Assembly (NCBI GenBank): GCA_963803455.1
Contig: CAWDMK010000009.1
Coordinates: 358-64,357, forward strand
Source: an uncultured Acidobacteriaceae bacterium
GTDB taxonomy: Bacteria; Acidobacteriota; Terriglobia; Bryobacterales; Bryobacteraceae
Direction of reading: 5' to 3'
Length of the DNA stretch: 64,000 nucleotides
Made by a program: the position numbers and the translations under genes. The stretch's first letter is position 1, and every line of letters starts with the position of its first letter. The notes under the pieces are model-generated. The model was not told the origin of the DNA. It did not search any database and saw nothing but the letters and a program-made list of their open reading frames with translations. Below, in pieces: positions 17,469 to 29,095 of the stretch.

Positions 17469-19853
17469 TCACTTCTTCTTCATCTGCGTGTAAGCCAACT
17501 GCGTCTTTTGGCCTTCCACAACCAGGTGATCGTCGTCGCTGTAATAGGTAAGCTGGCGGCCCTTGGTGATTCCTTTGTAACTGTCGAGCATCTGCGGGCT
17601 GCCGCCATTCAGAATCACCTTGTTCTCTTTGGTGTAGTACTCGCAATGCTCAGATTTTCCCGTGCGGGTTCTGTCGGGTTTCACTTCAACAACCACTACG
17701 TTGCCATCGGCAATCGCATGGTCAAGTGAAGATTCGTCGTTCTTCTTTTGGCTCTTCGGTGTAAGAAAAGCGCGCAGCTCCTTAGAGTTCACCGTCATTG
17801 TGTCCCGAACCAGCTTCACCCCGCCCGTATACAGAGCGATCCGCGTCTCATCGCTGTAAGACAGCTCCGGTGCGCGCACGATTGTGAACACTGGCGCCGA
17901 ATCGGCCTTTGTAGCCTGCGTGGCTTGGGTCCCGGCGGTCGCGGTCTGCGTTTGGGATTTGTCGTCCGAGCGGTTGTCCACCAACTCGCTCACAACGTTT
18001 CCAACCGCGTGCAGCGTCTCCTGGTCGCGATCTACATCGATGACGTCCGCCGAGATTCGATTCGCGCCCTGCCACATCACGGCATGCCCCTGGTAATGAA
18101 CCTTGGTGTTGTTTTCACGCGTGATCATGTTATCGGCGGTCGCCTGCATGGCCTGAGTATCGTCCAGCATCGATGTCCCGGCTTTCGCATTCCGGTCCGG
18201 TTCATGCGTCGATACGATGTGCCCGGCGGCATCCATATCGCCATTCGCCTGATTCATCACGATCTTGTCCGCAATCGTCGCGCCGGTATCGTCCGAAACG
18301 CGAGCGTTATCAGTCAGCGTGATCCGGTTAATTGTCTGCTCGAGAAAGGCCTTCTTCGCGTGGGCCTGCCGCACACCTTCCTGGTACCGGAAGTTGCCCG
18401 TCTGCTCAATCGTCGCGATCTGGTTGGTGTTGGGCGTGAACTTGGCCGTTAGCTGGTCGCTCCAGGTGAGCGCTGGAACCGGCGCTGCCGCGTTTGCGTT
18501 CGAGCCCGCTGCTGGTTTGATTTTCGCGGCCGTGGGCGGCTTGTCGGTGTGCGTCGAAACGTTCCATGCCAGAAACGTATCGACATAGCTTCCCGTGCCA
18601 TACAAGATGCGCAATCGCGAAGCGTTCAGCGTTCGATGCGACTGCTCCGGCCGATTAGGCTTGAACTCCAATTGGGCCTGAGAGGGAGCGCGAATCTCCT
18701 GGATCTCCTGCCCTCCCGGCTTCATCTCTAGCTCGATGTGCTCGCTGCGCAGAATGCGCGTTTCCGCCAACTGCACCCCCGGCTGCGGCAGAGGAACCGA
18801 CTCGGCGTTCGCATGGCCGTCCGCTAGCACCAGGTGGAGAACGCTATTGTCCTGCGCCTGCCCGTTCACCTGCTTGGTATCGACCGTAAATCTGAGATCG
18901 GCGCGCTCCCCTGTCACCGTGGTTCGCGATCCCGGCTGTGTCGAAGTGATTCGGGCGTTCTTTTCCCCAATGATGTTGACCATCACACCGTTTTCGTCAA
19001 ACAGTGCCGTCATCTTGTCGGCCGAATATTCGGTTCGCCGGTCATCACGCACATCCGTCCCAAAAGGATGATCCGAGTCGATTTGATGCAGAATTCCATC
19101 GGCCAGGGTCACTACTGAATTCTTTCCCTGAATGGTCGTGTCTTGCCGCTGCAGCTTCGACCAGGGCGAAAGATAGATCTTCTGCTGCGCCTCGTTATAC
19201 ACCAGGTCTCCGGTCTCGATGTGCATCTTGTTTTCGAGCGGTCCTTTGCCGATCCAATCGAGCGCGACTTGCGATCTCAGGTGCAGGTCTCGCGTGTTCG
19301 GATCGTAGTCGACGCCCACCGCTTGGCCATCCCCTTCGGCAAAGTGGAAGGAAGCCGGCCGGTCGGTCCTCGCCTTCCCGGTTTTCGTTTCGTAGGTTAC
19401 GCCGGAGGTTTCAACGCGAACGCGCTTCGCTACTTCGTCCTCGTTCTCTGCGTTCTTGTCGGCAGGCACATTGATCACAATCGAAACCGGGCCGTCCGAT
19501 TTCAGGACCTCCGATTTCTCATCGAAGAATGCCTGGCCGCTGCTGACATACGTGTAGGAACCGGCATTCTTGTCGTACAGCCGTAACCGCACGTCCTTCA
19601 ACTCAAACGTCGACGGCTGATGGGCCCCCTCGAAAGACTTCGCCTTCACGTCTACAATCGGACGGTTGGTTTGCGGGTCGTCCTTCCACCAGTGCCATCC
19701 GGAGTTGGCCATGGCGTCAAGTGCTGTGTCGATGGCCGGCACCGCAGCCACGGGCCGCTTTCTTTCTTTGTCCACGCGCAGCTTGTACGTGTAACCGACG
19801 ACTGCCGAGAGAAGCATCGCGGCGAAGGCGAGCAAAACCGAAATGCGCCGCAT
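17469..19853 (-). CDS. Large LptC/LptA (OstA_N)-type LPS-transport domain protein with an N-terminal anchor
   Basis: TM anchor MRRISVLLAFAAMLLSAVVGYTY. LptA-like strands recur (VHYQGHAVMWQGANRISADVIDVDRD..LHAVGNV; ADGNVVVVE...ILNG...). It is part of the lptB neighbourhood. Confidence 0.55.
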   Translation of the reverse strand: MRRISVLLAFAAMLLSAVVGYTYKLRVDKERKRPVAAVPAIDTALDAMANSGWHWWKDDPQTNRPIVDVKAKSFEGAHQPSTFELKDVRLRLYDKNAGSYTYVSSGQAFFDEKSEVLKSDGPVSIVINVPADKNAENEDEVAKRVRVETSGVTYETKTGKARTDRPASFHFAEGDGQAVGVDYDPNTRDLHLRSQVALDWIGKGPLENKMHIETGDLVYNEAQQKIYLSPWSKLQRQDTTIQGKNSVVTLADGILHQIDSDHPFGTDVRDDRRTEYSADKMTALFDENGVMVNIIGEKNARITSTQPGSRTTVTGERADLRFTVDTKQVNGQAQDNSVLHLVLADGHANAESVPLPQPGVQLAETRILRSEHIELEMKPGGQEIQEIRAPSQAQLEFKPNRPEQSHRTLNASRLRILYGTGSYVDTFLAWNVSTHTDKPPTAAKIKPAAGSNANAAAPVPALTWSDQLTAKFTPNTNQIATIEQTGNFRYQEGVRQAHAKKAFLEQTINRITLTDNARVSDDTGATIADKIVMNQANGDMDAAGHIVSTHEPDRNAKAGTSMLDDTQAMQATADNMITRENNTKVHYQGHAVMWQGANRISADVIDVDRDQETLHAVGNVVSELVDNRSDDKSQTQTATAGTQATQATKADSAPVFTIVRAPELSYSDETRIALYTGGVKLVRDTMTVNSKELRAFLTPKSQKKNDESSLDHAIADGNVVVVEVKPDRTRTGKSEHCEYYTKENKVILNGGSPQMLDSYKGITKGRQLTYYSDDDHLVVEGQKTQLAYTQMKKK

Positions 19854-20001
19854 TGTTTAGAGAAACACGCAGATTTCATCATAACAAGCGCGATTTCTTT
19901 GGTGTAGCGAACCAGACCCGAAAGAAATGTGAGTGGCAAACTATCAAGCCAGTCGCGTTAATGTTGTAAGAGACGCATTATCAATAACTTACAAATACCA
20001 C

Positions 20002-20028
20002 TTGTCACTCTACCCTCGACTGTGCTAA
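20002..20028 (+). promoter_or_regulatory. Degenerate CIRCE-like element upstream of groES
   Basis: TTGTCACTC-N9-CTGTGCTAA compared with consensus TTAGCACTC-N9-GAGTGCTAA. Each half matches 7/9, but the two halves are poorly complementary to each other. Confidence 0.35.
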
Positions 20029-20108
20029 AACATCCTTTGGGCGTTTCCCAATACGAATCGCCCCATCTCAAAACAGCTCAACGCTAGCTCGACACTGGAG
20101 GTTTTAGT

Positions 20109-22087
<1,979 letters not shown>

Positions 22088-22110
22088 TCCGCTTTACATC
22101 AAAACTGATG

Positions 22111-22146
22111 AGCCCGCCAGGTACGCGCCTGGCGGGCTTTTTGTTT
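22111..22146 (+). terminator. Rho-independent terminator of groESL
   Basis: agcccgccagg-tacgcg-cctggcgggct followed by ttttgttt. Confidence 0.85.
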
Positions 22147-22347
22147 AACGGCCCGCGGATCGTATGCCTATGTGCCAGTCACGGGCAGGCCCGTCCCCCA
22201 ACTCGACCCCGTTTTTGACCCGCTGACCTGTAAGCAGTTCCACAGAGCGATAAAAAACTTGAGAATGTTAGCCAACTTGAGAAATTATTCCGGCCCGCAT
22301 TTCACTCTCTTCTGAGCAGTGTCCGGGCACTGTTTCGCAGCCGCGAA

Positions 22348-24858
22348 ATGAAACGTGCAGAAGCGCATACAACGACAGACTTAGCCCCTGCAAGTGCCGC
22401 CCGCACCACCGGCGAACCCGCGAAAGCGCTTCCGGCCGGCAACCTGGAGTTTCTATGGCAGGATCTGCGCTATGCAGTCCGGGTGCTCCGCAAAAAACCC
22501 GGCTTCACGATTACAGCGGTGCTGACACTAGCCCTCGGCATGGGCGCAAACACTGCCATTTTCAGTGTGGTGAATGCGGCTCTCCTGACCCCGATTCCCA
22601 TCCCCGATCCCGAGCGTGTCGTCATGCTCTGGACGGACAACGTGGCCCTTAGCTCCCAAGGGTTCCCAGCCTCTGCTCCCGACTTTGTCGACTGGCAAGC
22701 CAGCGGGGTTTTTGAACACCTCGCCGGATTCACAACCAATGGCTTCAACTTGCTGATCGGAACCAGGCCGGAGCGGATCGAGGGCGCTTCGGTCACTCGC
22801 GACTGGTTCGATATCCAACGCCTCAAACCGTACTTGGGCCGTCTATTTCGGGCGGAAGATATGCAGCCAGGTCACGATCAAGTGGCGCTTCTCACTCTCA
22901 ATTTCTGGCATGCTCGGTTTCACGCCGACCCGTCAGTTGTTGGGCGGACCCTCATCATCAATAGCTCTCCTTACACAATCATCGGCGTACTGCCAAAGAA
23001 AATTGCCAACCTAGAGGATGAACAAATCTACTTCCCGCTGATCTTCGAGCCGCCCCTGTCCAATGAGCGCGGCATTCGGTACATCAATACAATTGGGCGC
23101 CTTTCTCCGAATCTTAGCTTCGCTGCCGCTCGGAACAGGATCCGGGATCTCAGCACTCGCCTTTCCAATCAATATCCAAAAGAAGATGGCGCATATAGAA
23201 CGCGCTTGCAGCCCGTTGAAGAGGCCTATGTAGAAGACGTCCACACTCTCCTCTGGGTGCTGTTCGGGGCTGTGGGATTTGTGCTTCTCGTCGCTTGCGC
23301 CAATGTCGCAGGTTTACTGCTGGTCCGCGGTACAGCCCGTCAGCGAGAGATCGCGATTCGCACCGCCCTCGGAGCCAGTAAGTATAGGGTAGTCCGGCAA
23401 CTCCTTACAGAAAGCGTCCTGCTGTCGGTTCTGGCAGCGGTTACCGGGATCATTCCGGCTTTTTGCGGAATCCGCATTCTTTCCAAGTTTCAGCTTACGG
23501 AGCTGCCGAATCCGGATCTCGTGACGCTGAATGCAACCGTTTTGATCTTCACTCTGCTTGTGGCGCTCGCCACCGGTGTGCTGTTCGGATTGGTTCCCGC
23601 ATCCCAAGCCTGGAGAACGGATGCGAGCTCGCCGCTGAGGGAACGCTCCCAGATTTCAGCCGCGCACCGGCGATTCGGCAACCTATTTGTTACCGGCCAA
23701 GTTGCTTTAACCGTAATCCTGGTGATCGGAGCAGGCTTGATGCTGAGAAGTTTCATTCGCCTGTGCGCAACGGATCCCGGGTATGCCTCGCAACACGTGC
23801 TTACGATGCGCATCGCGCTCACCGGAAAACAATATGATGCGGCCGGTAAACAGGCAGCGTTTTTCAAACAACTGATTAACCGTATCACTCCCCTGCCCGG
23901 GGTCGATGCCGCCGCAGCCATCGATTCTCTGCCTACCAGTAACGACGTCGAGGGCGGCCATCTGCATTTCACCGATCGTCCTGAGCCAAGGGCGAGCGAT
24001 CTCCCCGCCGTGGTGATCGGCTCGATCACTCCCGATTACTTTCGCGTGATGCGTATTCCGCTCGTCACAGGCCGCTTCTTCACCGATGCCGACGGCGCGA
24101 GCGATCCGCTCGTCGTGATTGTCGACAGGGACCTTGCCCGCCAATACTGGCCAGATCACGATCCGACGGGTAGATTCGTGAAACTGCGCCTCCACTCTCC
24201 CGCGCGCAAGATCGTCGGCGTCGTCGGCGCCGTCGAGCTCAGCGTCGCAGCCAAAATGAAGGGCCGCGTGGGCCAGGTCTATATCCCTTTGGCGCAATCG
24301 CCCGATCTCGATCCAAGCTCTGGAATGTCACTCGCGATTTCTACGCGGCTCAATCCGCTCAGCCTCAGTTCCGCCGTCCGCGGCGAAATCGCGAGTCTCG
24401 CGCCGGATCAGCCCATCTTTCAGATCGAAAGCCTGGAAGATGCGCGGGCAAGAGGCCGGGCTTCTGCCCGCCTTGCTACCTGGCTGCTCGGTTTCTTTGC
24501 GGTATTGGCGCTTTTGCTCGCCGCAGTCGGCGTGTATGGCGTTGTCTCCTACAGCGTAGGCGAACGAACGCGCGAAATCGGCGTCCGCATGGCGCTTGGC
24601 GCAGACCAGTCCGATGTGTTGCGCATGGTGCTCGGGCGTGGAGTCTTGCTCATCCTGCTCGGAATCGTCCTCGGCGTGGCCGGCGCAATCGCGCTCACGA
24701 GATTGATGGGCAGCTTGTTACACGGCGTCAGCGCAAGCGATCCCCTTACCTTCCTCGCCGTGAGCCTATTACTCATGGCCGTAGGTATGTTGGCCAGCTA
24801 CATCCCCGCCCGCCGCGCCAGCCGCATCGATCCCATCATCGCCTTACGCTACGAATAG
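22348..24858 (+). CDS. ADOP-family duplicated orphan permease (MacB/FtsX-like, two halves)
   Basis: Hallmark N-terminus LWQDLRYAVRVLRKKPGFTITAVLTLALGMGANTAIFSVVNA and two FtsX-type 4-TM halves. There is no adjacent ATPase gene. Confidence 0.85.
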   Translation: MKRAEAHTTTDLAPASAARTTGEPAKALPAGNLEFLWQDLRYAVRVLRKKPGFTITAVLTLALGMGANTAIFSVVNAALLTPIPIPDPERVVMLWTDNVALSSQGFPASAPDFVDWQASGVFEHLAGFTTNGFNLLIGTRPERIEGASVTRDWFDIQRLKPYLGRLFRAEDMQPGHDQVALLTLNFWHARFHADPSVVGRTLIINSSPYTIIGVLPKKIANLEDEQIYFPLIFEPPLSNERGIRYINTIGRLSPNLSFAAARNRIRDLSTRLSNQYPKEDGAYRTRLQPVEEAYVEDVHTLLWVLFGAVGFVLLVACANVAGLLLVRGTARQREIAIRTALGASKYRVVRQLLTESVLLSVLAAVTGIIPAFCGIRILSKFQLTELPNPDLVTLNATVLIFTLLVALATGVLFGLVPASQAWRTDASSPLRERSQISAAHRRFGNLFVTGQVALTVILVIGAGLMLRSFIRLCATDPGYASQHVLTMRIALTGKQYDAAGKQAAFFKQLINRITPLPGVDAAAAIDSLPTSNDVEGGHLHFTDRPEPRASDLPAVVIGSITPDYFRVMRIPLVTGRFFTDADGASDPLVVIVDRDLARQYWPDHDPTGRFVKLRLHSPARKIVGVVGAVELSVAAKMKGRVGQVYIPLAQSPDLDPSSGMSLAISTRLNPLSLSSAVRGEIASLAPDQPIFQIESLEDARARGRASARLATWLLGFFAVLALLLAAVGVYGVVSYSVGERTREIGVRMALGADQSDVLRMVLGRGVLLILLGIVLGVAGAIALTRLMGSLLHGVSASDPLTFLAVSLLLMAVGMLASYIPARRASRIDPIIALRYE

Positions 24859-24895
24859 GCACCTTATTCGGCGGAACGCATGTGCTCCTGATCGC

Positions 24896-25534
24896 CTATA
24901 GCTGATCGTAGATCTGTTTCAGCTCCAGCATGAACCCGGCGATCGGCCCTTCGCCGAACACACGCTCTGGCCCTATCAGCTCAATCGGCGCTTCTCGATC
25001 GCAGCTATAGATCCATACGCTTCTCAATTGCGGATCAATTAGCCACCCCAGCTCAACCTTATTCCGCAAATAATTCCGCATTTTCTCGTGCAAATCGTTC
25101 TTGCGTTCATTCGATGCGCGTATCTCGATCACGAACGCAGGCACAACCGCGCCAAAACCCTGCCGCTGCTTGCGGGACAACGCTTTCCATCTGCCCCTCG
25201 GAATCCAGCACGCGCCCGGTGAAACAACGCTCTTATCGGGCAATGTCATTCCCGCGCCCGGCCCGACAACCACACCCTGCCCGTCTGTCCTGGCCCATTC
25301 CCGTAGTTGCGCCAGCACTTCGACTCCTATGAAGCCGCTTTCCAACCCCGCCGGAGCCATGATAATTACTTCTCCCTCAGCGCCCCGCTCCATTCGCAAC
25401 GCAGAGTGCTCCTGGCAAAATGCAAAGAAGTCATCGTCCGTAAACTCCGGGCCAAGCCGCACAACCACTCGGTCGACCGTCGCGAGATCCAATGTTATCG
25501 GGATTACTGCGGTCACCTCTGTGCCTATTGCCAT
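24896..25534 (-). CDS. Uma2-family (DUF820) PD-(D/E)xK endonuclease
   Basis: ...SPGACWIP..., VPAFVIEIRASNE...KMRNYLRNKVELGWLIDP matches the Uma2 pattern. Confidence 0.75.
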   Translation of the reverse strand: MAIGTEVTAVIPITLDLATVDRVVVRLGPEFTDDDFFAFCQEHSALRMERGAEGEVIIMAPAGLESGFIGVEVLAQLREWARTDGQGVVVGPGAGMTLPDKSVVSPGACWIPRGRWKALSRKQRQGFGAVVPAFVIEIRASNERKNDLHEKMRNYLRNKVELGWLIDPQLRSVWIYSCDREAPIELIGPERVFGEGPIAGFMLELKQIYDQL

Positions 25535-25817
25535 TTCTTACGATCTCGGCCAGCGCGAAAGCAACTGGAAAGCCCAAAAGCAGAGGGCCGCGGACGCGAT
25601 AGTGATGAGAATAAACCAGGGTTGAGTCGCCAATCCCGGCCCCTCAACAATGCCCGCCAGATATGCGTGATGAATATATATGGTCGCTCCCACCCTATCG
25701 CAGTTCGGCGGACAGCTGGTAAGCGATGCTATCCGACCTCTCCCCGAGTACTCACCGTACGGCATAACTCTTTTCCATTCACCTAAATCCGGCTATATAC
25801 TTTGACGAAGGACCCTT

Positions 25818-26057
25818 TTGACCGGCTGCGGAGACATCACCGTTCTGTTGCGCAAATGAACAGACGGTGACAGCGGCGCCTTTGAACCGCTCTTCGAAAC
25901 CATCTATCCACAACTGCGGCGCATGGAGGGAGCGATCTTGCGCGGCGAACGCCCGGCCGCGGTCATGCAACCCACCAGTCTCGTCAATGAGCTTTATCTG
26001 AAACTGATTCAGCAGCCCCGGCTGCCGTCACTGATCATGTCGCTCCGTGCGATCTGA
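25818..26057 (+). pseudogene. 5' fragment of an ECF sigma factor (TIGR02999-like) with an internal TGA
   Basis: It reads LTGCGDITVLLRK*TDGDSGAFEPLFETIYPQLRRMEGAILRGE...MQPTSLVNELYLKL. The stop (25857-25859) sits where the family has Trp (LL..W..GD). Only region 2 is present, and it is truncated by the Rhs immunity gene. Confidence 0.6.
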
Positions 26058-26564
26058 ACGACGGAGTTGTCGCGGTCGCCGACGAGCGCGGAGAAAGGGA
26101 TAAAGCAGCGGATTTGAAATGAAGGTCAAAAACCCACCTGGGAATAGGTTCTGAGGACGAAACGCCCAGTGCATCGCGATGTAAACGGCGTACAGTAGCA
26201 TCAAGCTCGTAAGGACCATCGAGAGTGCTCTTTCTGCACCGACCCAATTCTCCCAGGCAAACGCGACAAGAGTGCAAACCACAAAGTTCGCTGTGACTAC
26301 TGCCAAGAAGAACTTGGCCATACGAATTCGCTCGGGTGTAATTCGCAGCACGGGAAGCCATGGATCTCGCACCGGACGCCGCTGAAACGTGATCACCATC
26401 GTGATTGCAAAGACTGCGGCGATGCTCTCCACAGCCCAGACGTTCCCCGGAAGACCCGCACGGCCAGCTAACGCCGCTAGATACCAAACCAGGGCACCGA
26501 CTGAAGCCACGCAGCCGTAGATAAAGCAATACCGCTCGACCCGCTTCCTCATATTTACTGCCAA
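26028..26564 (-). CDS. Four-TM membrane protein, putative immunity protein for the upstream Rhs toxin
   Basis: The start overlaps the Rhs stop by 10 nt. It has four hydrophobic helices and a basic tail, and no recognisable domain. Confidence 0.6.
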   Translation of the reverse strand: MAVNMRKRVERYCFIYGCVASVGALVWYLAALAGRAGLPGNVWAVESIAAVFAITMVITFQRRPVRDPWLPVLRITPERIRMAKFFLAVVTANFVVCTLVAFAWENWVGAERALSMVLTSLMLLYAVYIAMHWAFRPQNLFPGGFLTFISNPLLYPFLRARRRPRQLRRSDRTERHDQ

Positions 26565-29095
26565 CAGTTGTAGACGTCGTACGCAAAGCTGGCGGCGTTC
26601 AACAAATTGGCAATCGTCCCGGCACTGGATACGGCCTGTTCCAGAGTTTCTAGATCCCCCAACCGGCGCAAAATGTTCGCTTGTGTACTCGCGGATTGCC
26701 TTCCAAACCCGCTACGCATGGCGAGATTGGAGAGTCTATTGAGGGCACTCTCACCGCCCGCCGCCGCGTAGGCTGGATCCGCAAAGAACGTTCTGTACGC
26801 GTCCGCCAAACCCGCTCCGGCCTGAAATAGTGTGGGATCGGCAGTTACCCCGGCCCTATCGCTGAAGTACCATTCAAAGGGATGAAAATTCACCCCCGCT
26901 AAGTCCCCGACGAATTTCACGGCGTTGTATCCGGGTACGAAGCCCAAACCAAAATTTAACGCCGCATCGGCGGAGCATGCGAGTTTTTTCGTCTTGTCCG
27001 TTCCTGTGGGATCAAAATTGTCGATTGGGTCGTTCCCCGTGTAAGCGTAAAAATTGACATCGCCACCACTTAGACCCATCGGGTCTTCGCTGATAAATCT
27101 TTGGAAGGCGGGGTTGTGATACCTGGCGCGATAGAAATACAGCCCGGTTCCATCATTCTCCCGGCCTGTATATTGCGTCGCGCTGCTGCTCGATGCGCCG
27201 CTAGTGCTCGTATTGCCAAACGGCTCGTAACTGTATTGGATCTGGACAGTGCCCGAGGAATCCACCAAAGCCAGCACCGATCCCAGCGCATCGGTTAGCG
27301 GCGTCATGCTGCCGCTACTGTCAGTTCTCTGAAAGAACTCGTCCACGCCCCCGGTCAGGATGTTTGCGGCCCCGGAGTTCTCTTGAATCGAATTCACGCC
27401 CTCATAAAGGAAATTAGTAGCGCCGCCGCTAACTGTTTTGTTGGTTCGGCGGCTTACTGCGTCATATTGGAAGCTCGCGCCCCCGCCAATGCCGCTTAAT
27501 TGATTACGGGCATTCCAAGTAAACGCCCGGCTGCCATCGCTGGTCATATTCCCATTGGCATCGTAAGTGATCGCCGTTCCGTTCCAGTTTGTCAGTTCGT
27601 TGGCGGTGTCGTAGGTTGCTGAAGTCAGGGTGCTCGGGAATTCAGTGCGTGCAAGAGTACCCGAAACCTGAGTTCGCCGGCCCACTGCATCGTAGGTGTA
27701 ATTCAGAGTTCCTAACGAGTTCGAACCTAACTGATAATTGAGTCCTGTTAGCCGCGAATCGGTATCGTAAGTATAAGTAGCAGTTACACCGTTCGGCAGG
27801 GTCAACACGGAACGCCGATTGGCGTCGTCGTAAGTGAAGCCGACGGAAGAAGCGCCCTGGGTAATTTGAGTCAAGCGAGTAGCATCATCCCAAGCATAGG
27901 TCACATCGGGCTGCCCGGCGAGGGAGCGCTTGATTCGGCGCCCTGCAAGGTCATACGTGTATGACAAAGTGCCTTGCGGCGTCGTCTCGGTCAGTGGACG
28001 GCCCAGGCCATCATAGGCGTAAGAAATCGCACCCGAAGCAGAATCGGTGGCTTGGGTCAACCGGTCGCCTCCGTCATAAGTATAAGAAATCGTACTCTCG
28101 TAAGTCGTCGCGCCGCCGTTCACGACTTTATTGAATCCAGCGAATGTCACCCGGTTGAGCGAATCGTAGCTGTACGCGGTGACTTGTCCCTTGCGATCCG
28201 TTCTCGAAAGCACGTTCCCAAATAGATCGCGCTGTACGCTCTCAACCCTTTGAAGCGGGTCTGTGCGCGTCGTCCGCCGGTCCATGCCGTCATACGTGTA
28301 ACTTGTTATGCCATTTTTCGGGTCCGTAACGCTCAGCAGATTCCCATTCGGATCATAGGCGAACGAGACCACATGGCCTGCTGGATCGGTGGTCTTCAGC
28401 ATTTGATCCAGGTTGTCGTATTGAGAGCTTGTCACCTGCCCTATCGCATCGGTGATGGAAACGAGTCTACCTGCGCCATCTACAACACGAGAGGTTTTGT
28501 TCGACAGTGGGTCAGTGGTGCTGGTGAGATCGCCTCCAAAATAGTCCAACTGAGTCGAGTTTCCTACCCCATCGGTAAGGGTCGTCACTTGCCCGGCCGA
28601 ATTGTACGCCATCGTGGTCTGGTGCCCTAACGGATCAGTCGCAGCCGTCAAATTGCCGCTGGCATCGTATGTAAACGTCGCGGTGTGGTTCAAAGGATCG
28701 GTCACGCTCGCGACTCCGCTATAGGGCGAAGCGTACGTAGCCGTGGTAGTCGCCGCCTGGGGCGTGCCGTCCAGGAGTGTCGCCCGTGTGCAATTGCCGT
28801 TCGCGTCGAAATCGTAGCTTGTCTTATTCCCAAGCGGATCGGTGGCCGATTTTAGTAAGTTGTCTGCGTAGTACTCATATGTCGTCGCTTGTTGCTCGGG
28901 CTGTCCCAAAGCTCGGATGTCGTTCACCGTATAGCCGGCCCCATTGAAGATCACTCTGCGCACGTATCCTCTAATCGCGATGCGCGTGATTTGAAACCAT
29001 AGCTTGCGGAAATAGTGCGCCGTCGTTAAGCGGTCGGGCAAACTCGCATCCGCAACCTGATAGAACCGGCCCGCCACTGCCGCCGCGGGCAACAT
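26555..29095 (-). CDS. Rhs/YD-repeat polymorphic toxin with an unassigned C-terminal domain
   Basis: Dozens of YD repeats (YDANGN, Y.YD..GR). The Rhs core end is YTGRENDGTGLYFYRARYHNPAFQRFISEDPMG...NFYAYTGNDPIDNFDPTG, followed by a 148-aa tail. Confidence 0.9.
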   Translation of the reverse strand: MLPAAAVAGRFYQVADASLPDRLTTAHYFRKLWFQITRIAIRGYVRRVIFNGAGYTVNDIRALGQPEQQATTYEYYADNLLKSATDPLGNKTSYDFDANGNCTRATLLDGTPQAATTTATYASPYSGVASVTDPLNHTATFTYDASGNLTAATDPLGHQTTMAYNSAGQVTTLTDGVGNSTQLDYFGGDLTSTTDPLSNKTSRVVDGAGRLVSITDAIGQVTSSQYDNLDQMLKTTDPAGHVVSFAYDPNGNLLSVTDPKNGITSYTYDGMDRRTTRTDPLQRVESVQRDLFGNVLSRTDRKGQVTAYSYDSLNRVTFAGFNKVVNGGATTYESTISYTYDGGDRLTQATDSASGAISYAYDGLGRPLTETTPQGTLSYTYDLAGRRIKRSLAGQPDVTYAWDDATRLTQITQGASSVGFTYDDANRRSVLTLPNGVTATYTYDTDSRLTGLNYQLGSNSLGTLNYTYDAVGRRTQVSGTLARTEFPSTLTSATYDTANELTNWNGTAITYDANGNMTSDGSRAFTWNARNQLSGIGGGASFQYDAVSRRTNKTVSGGATNFLYEGVNSIQENSGAANILTGGVDEFFQRTDSSGSMTPLTDALGSVLALVDSSGTVQIQYSYEPFGNTSTSGASSSSATQYTGRENDGTGLYFYRARYHNPAFQRFISEDPMGLSGGDVNFYAYTGNDPIDNFDPTGTDKTKKLACSADAALNFGLGFVPGYNAVKFVGDLAGVNFHPFEWYFSDRAGVTADPTLFQAGAGLADAYRTFFADPAYAAAGGESALNRLSNLAMRSGFGRQSASTQANILRRLGDLETLEQAVSSAGTIANLLNAASFAYDVYNCWQ

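Noticed and set aside
22256-22283. 10-bp direct repeat AACTTGAGAA x2 (18-bp spacing) upstream of the ADOP permease
   Set aside because: It is short and AT-rich and lies in a promoter region, with no dyad symmetry. There is no adjacent PadR-type regulator gene to give it meaning.
25538-25765. 75-aa ORF with one hydrophobic segment just upstream of the Uma2 gene
   Set aside because: It has no recognisable motif or RBS and unremarkable composition. It could be real, but I cannot support it from the sequence alone.
25903-25911. DnaA-box-like 9-mers (CTATCCACA here, TTATCCACT near 12771), given the parAB/mnmG context
   Set aside because: They are single, imperfect, intragenic and unclustered. 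They give no evidence of an origin in this window.
26555-29095. Periodic repeats in the Rhs, GloVer and (AP)n regions considered as a possible CRISPR or other non-coding tandem array
   Set aside because: All are in-frame coding repeats with variable unit sequence. There is no constant repeat with unique-spacer structure, and there are no cas genes.
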